Positions 63,921-64,000 of a stretch of 64,000 nucleotides of DNA are shown piece by piece; the first letter of the stretch is position 1, and each line of letters begins with the position of its first letter. The position numbers and the translations under genes were made by a program. Where the stretch lies: assembly GCA_964395085.1 (NCBI GenBank), contig CAYNAN010000005.1, positions 143 to 64,142 of the forward strand. The letters run 5' to 3'. The notes below the pieces were generated by a model that was not told the DNA's origin, searched no databases, and saw only the letters and a list, made by a program, of their open reading frames with translations. The stretch comes from an uncultured Synergistaceae bacterium. Lineage in GTDB: Bacteria; Synergistota; Synergistia; Synergistales; Dethiosulfovibrionaceae.

Positions 63921-64000
63921 CTATTCAATCACTGAATTCCGGGCCTTCTCCCTCAGCTCTCTGGCGGTGATACCCAGGTATCTCAAGGTAATTTGCTCTG
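63921..64000 (-). CDS. 3' end of an unidentified phage gene (N-terminus beyond the right edge)
   Basis: An open minus-strand frame gives ...EQITLRYLGITARELREKARNSVIE and ends at a TAG (63921-63923). I cannot assign a function. Confidence 0.35.
   Translation of the reverse strand, partial: EQITLRYLGITARELREKARNSVIE

Larger units (their letters stand above)
39125..64000 (-). mobile_element. Prophage (partial; continues beyond the right edge): lambda-type head/packaging module plus P2-type contractile tail plus lysis cassette
   Basis: About 33 co-oriented, tightly packed or overlapping ORFs run from terS (63573) to the holin (39261). No integrase, repressor or replication genes are present in the window. 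Confidence 0.9.

Overview
This is a 64-kb window of a bacterial chromosome with GC somewhat above 50% by eye. The gene content resembles an anaerobic, amino-acid- or sugar-acid-fermenting lineage such as Synergistota, but that is only a guess.

The left ~39 kb is ordinary host DNA, mostly on the minus strand:
- a partial recQ and a tRNA-Ser(GCT)/tRNA-Arg(ACG) operon with a near-consensus promoter
- a 9-gene hexuronate operon (uxaB-uxaA-uxaC-dctPQM-uxuB-uxuA)
- a SurA-like chaperone, polA and gltX
- a complete archaeal-type 14-gene membrane-bound [NiFe] hydrogenase operon (mbhA-N)
- an MFS transporter, a PaaK-like ligase and a HAD hydrolase
- an Asp-box beta-propeller plus membrane protein pair
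- a yfcC-like carrier with an M20 amidohydrolase, rsgA and a CaCA antiporter
- a decayed SAM-methyltransferase pseudogene

From ~39.1 kb to the right edge lies a tightly packed, co-oriented prophage that is incomplete in this window. It has lambda-type packaging and head genes: a Nu1-like TerS, a GpA-like TerL, a gpW-like protein, a lambda-family portal and a protease-scaffold-HK97 capsid fusion. These are joined to a P2-type contractile tail (V-W-J-I, a fibre module, FI-FII-E/E'-T-U-X-D) and a terminal lysis cassette.

Notable sequence-level signals in the prophage:
- a tRNA-Ala/tmRNA-like 3' fragment with an orphan terminator at the prophage boundary (candidate att)
- a lambda-like cosN candidate upstream of terS
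- a -1 frameshift site in the tail chaperone
- four 117-bp tandem repeats in the tape measure gene
- an unusually large 7-gene receptor-binding module

I found no CRISPR array, IS element or recognisable defence system. The least-explained genes are the small ORFs between the fibre genes and the sheath gene.
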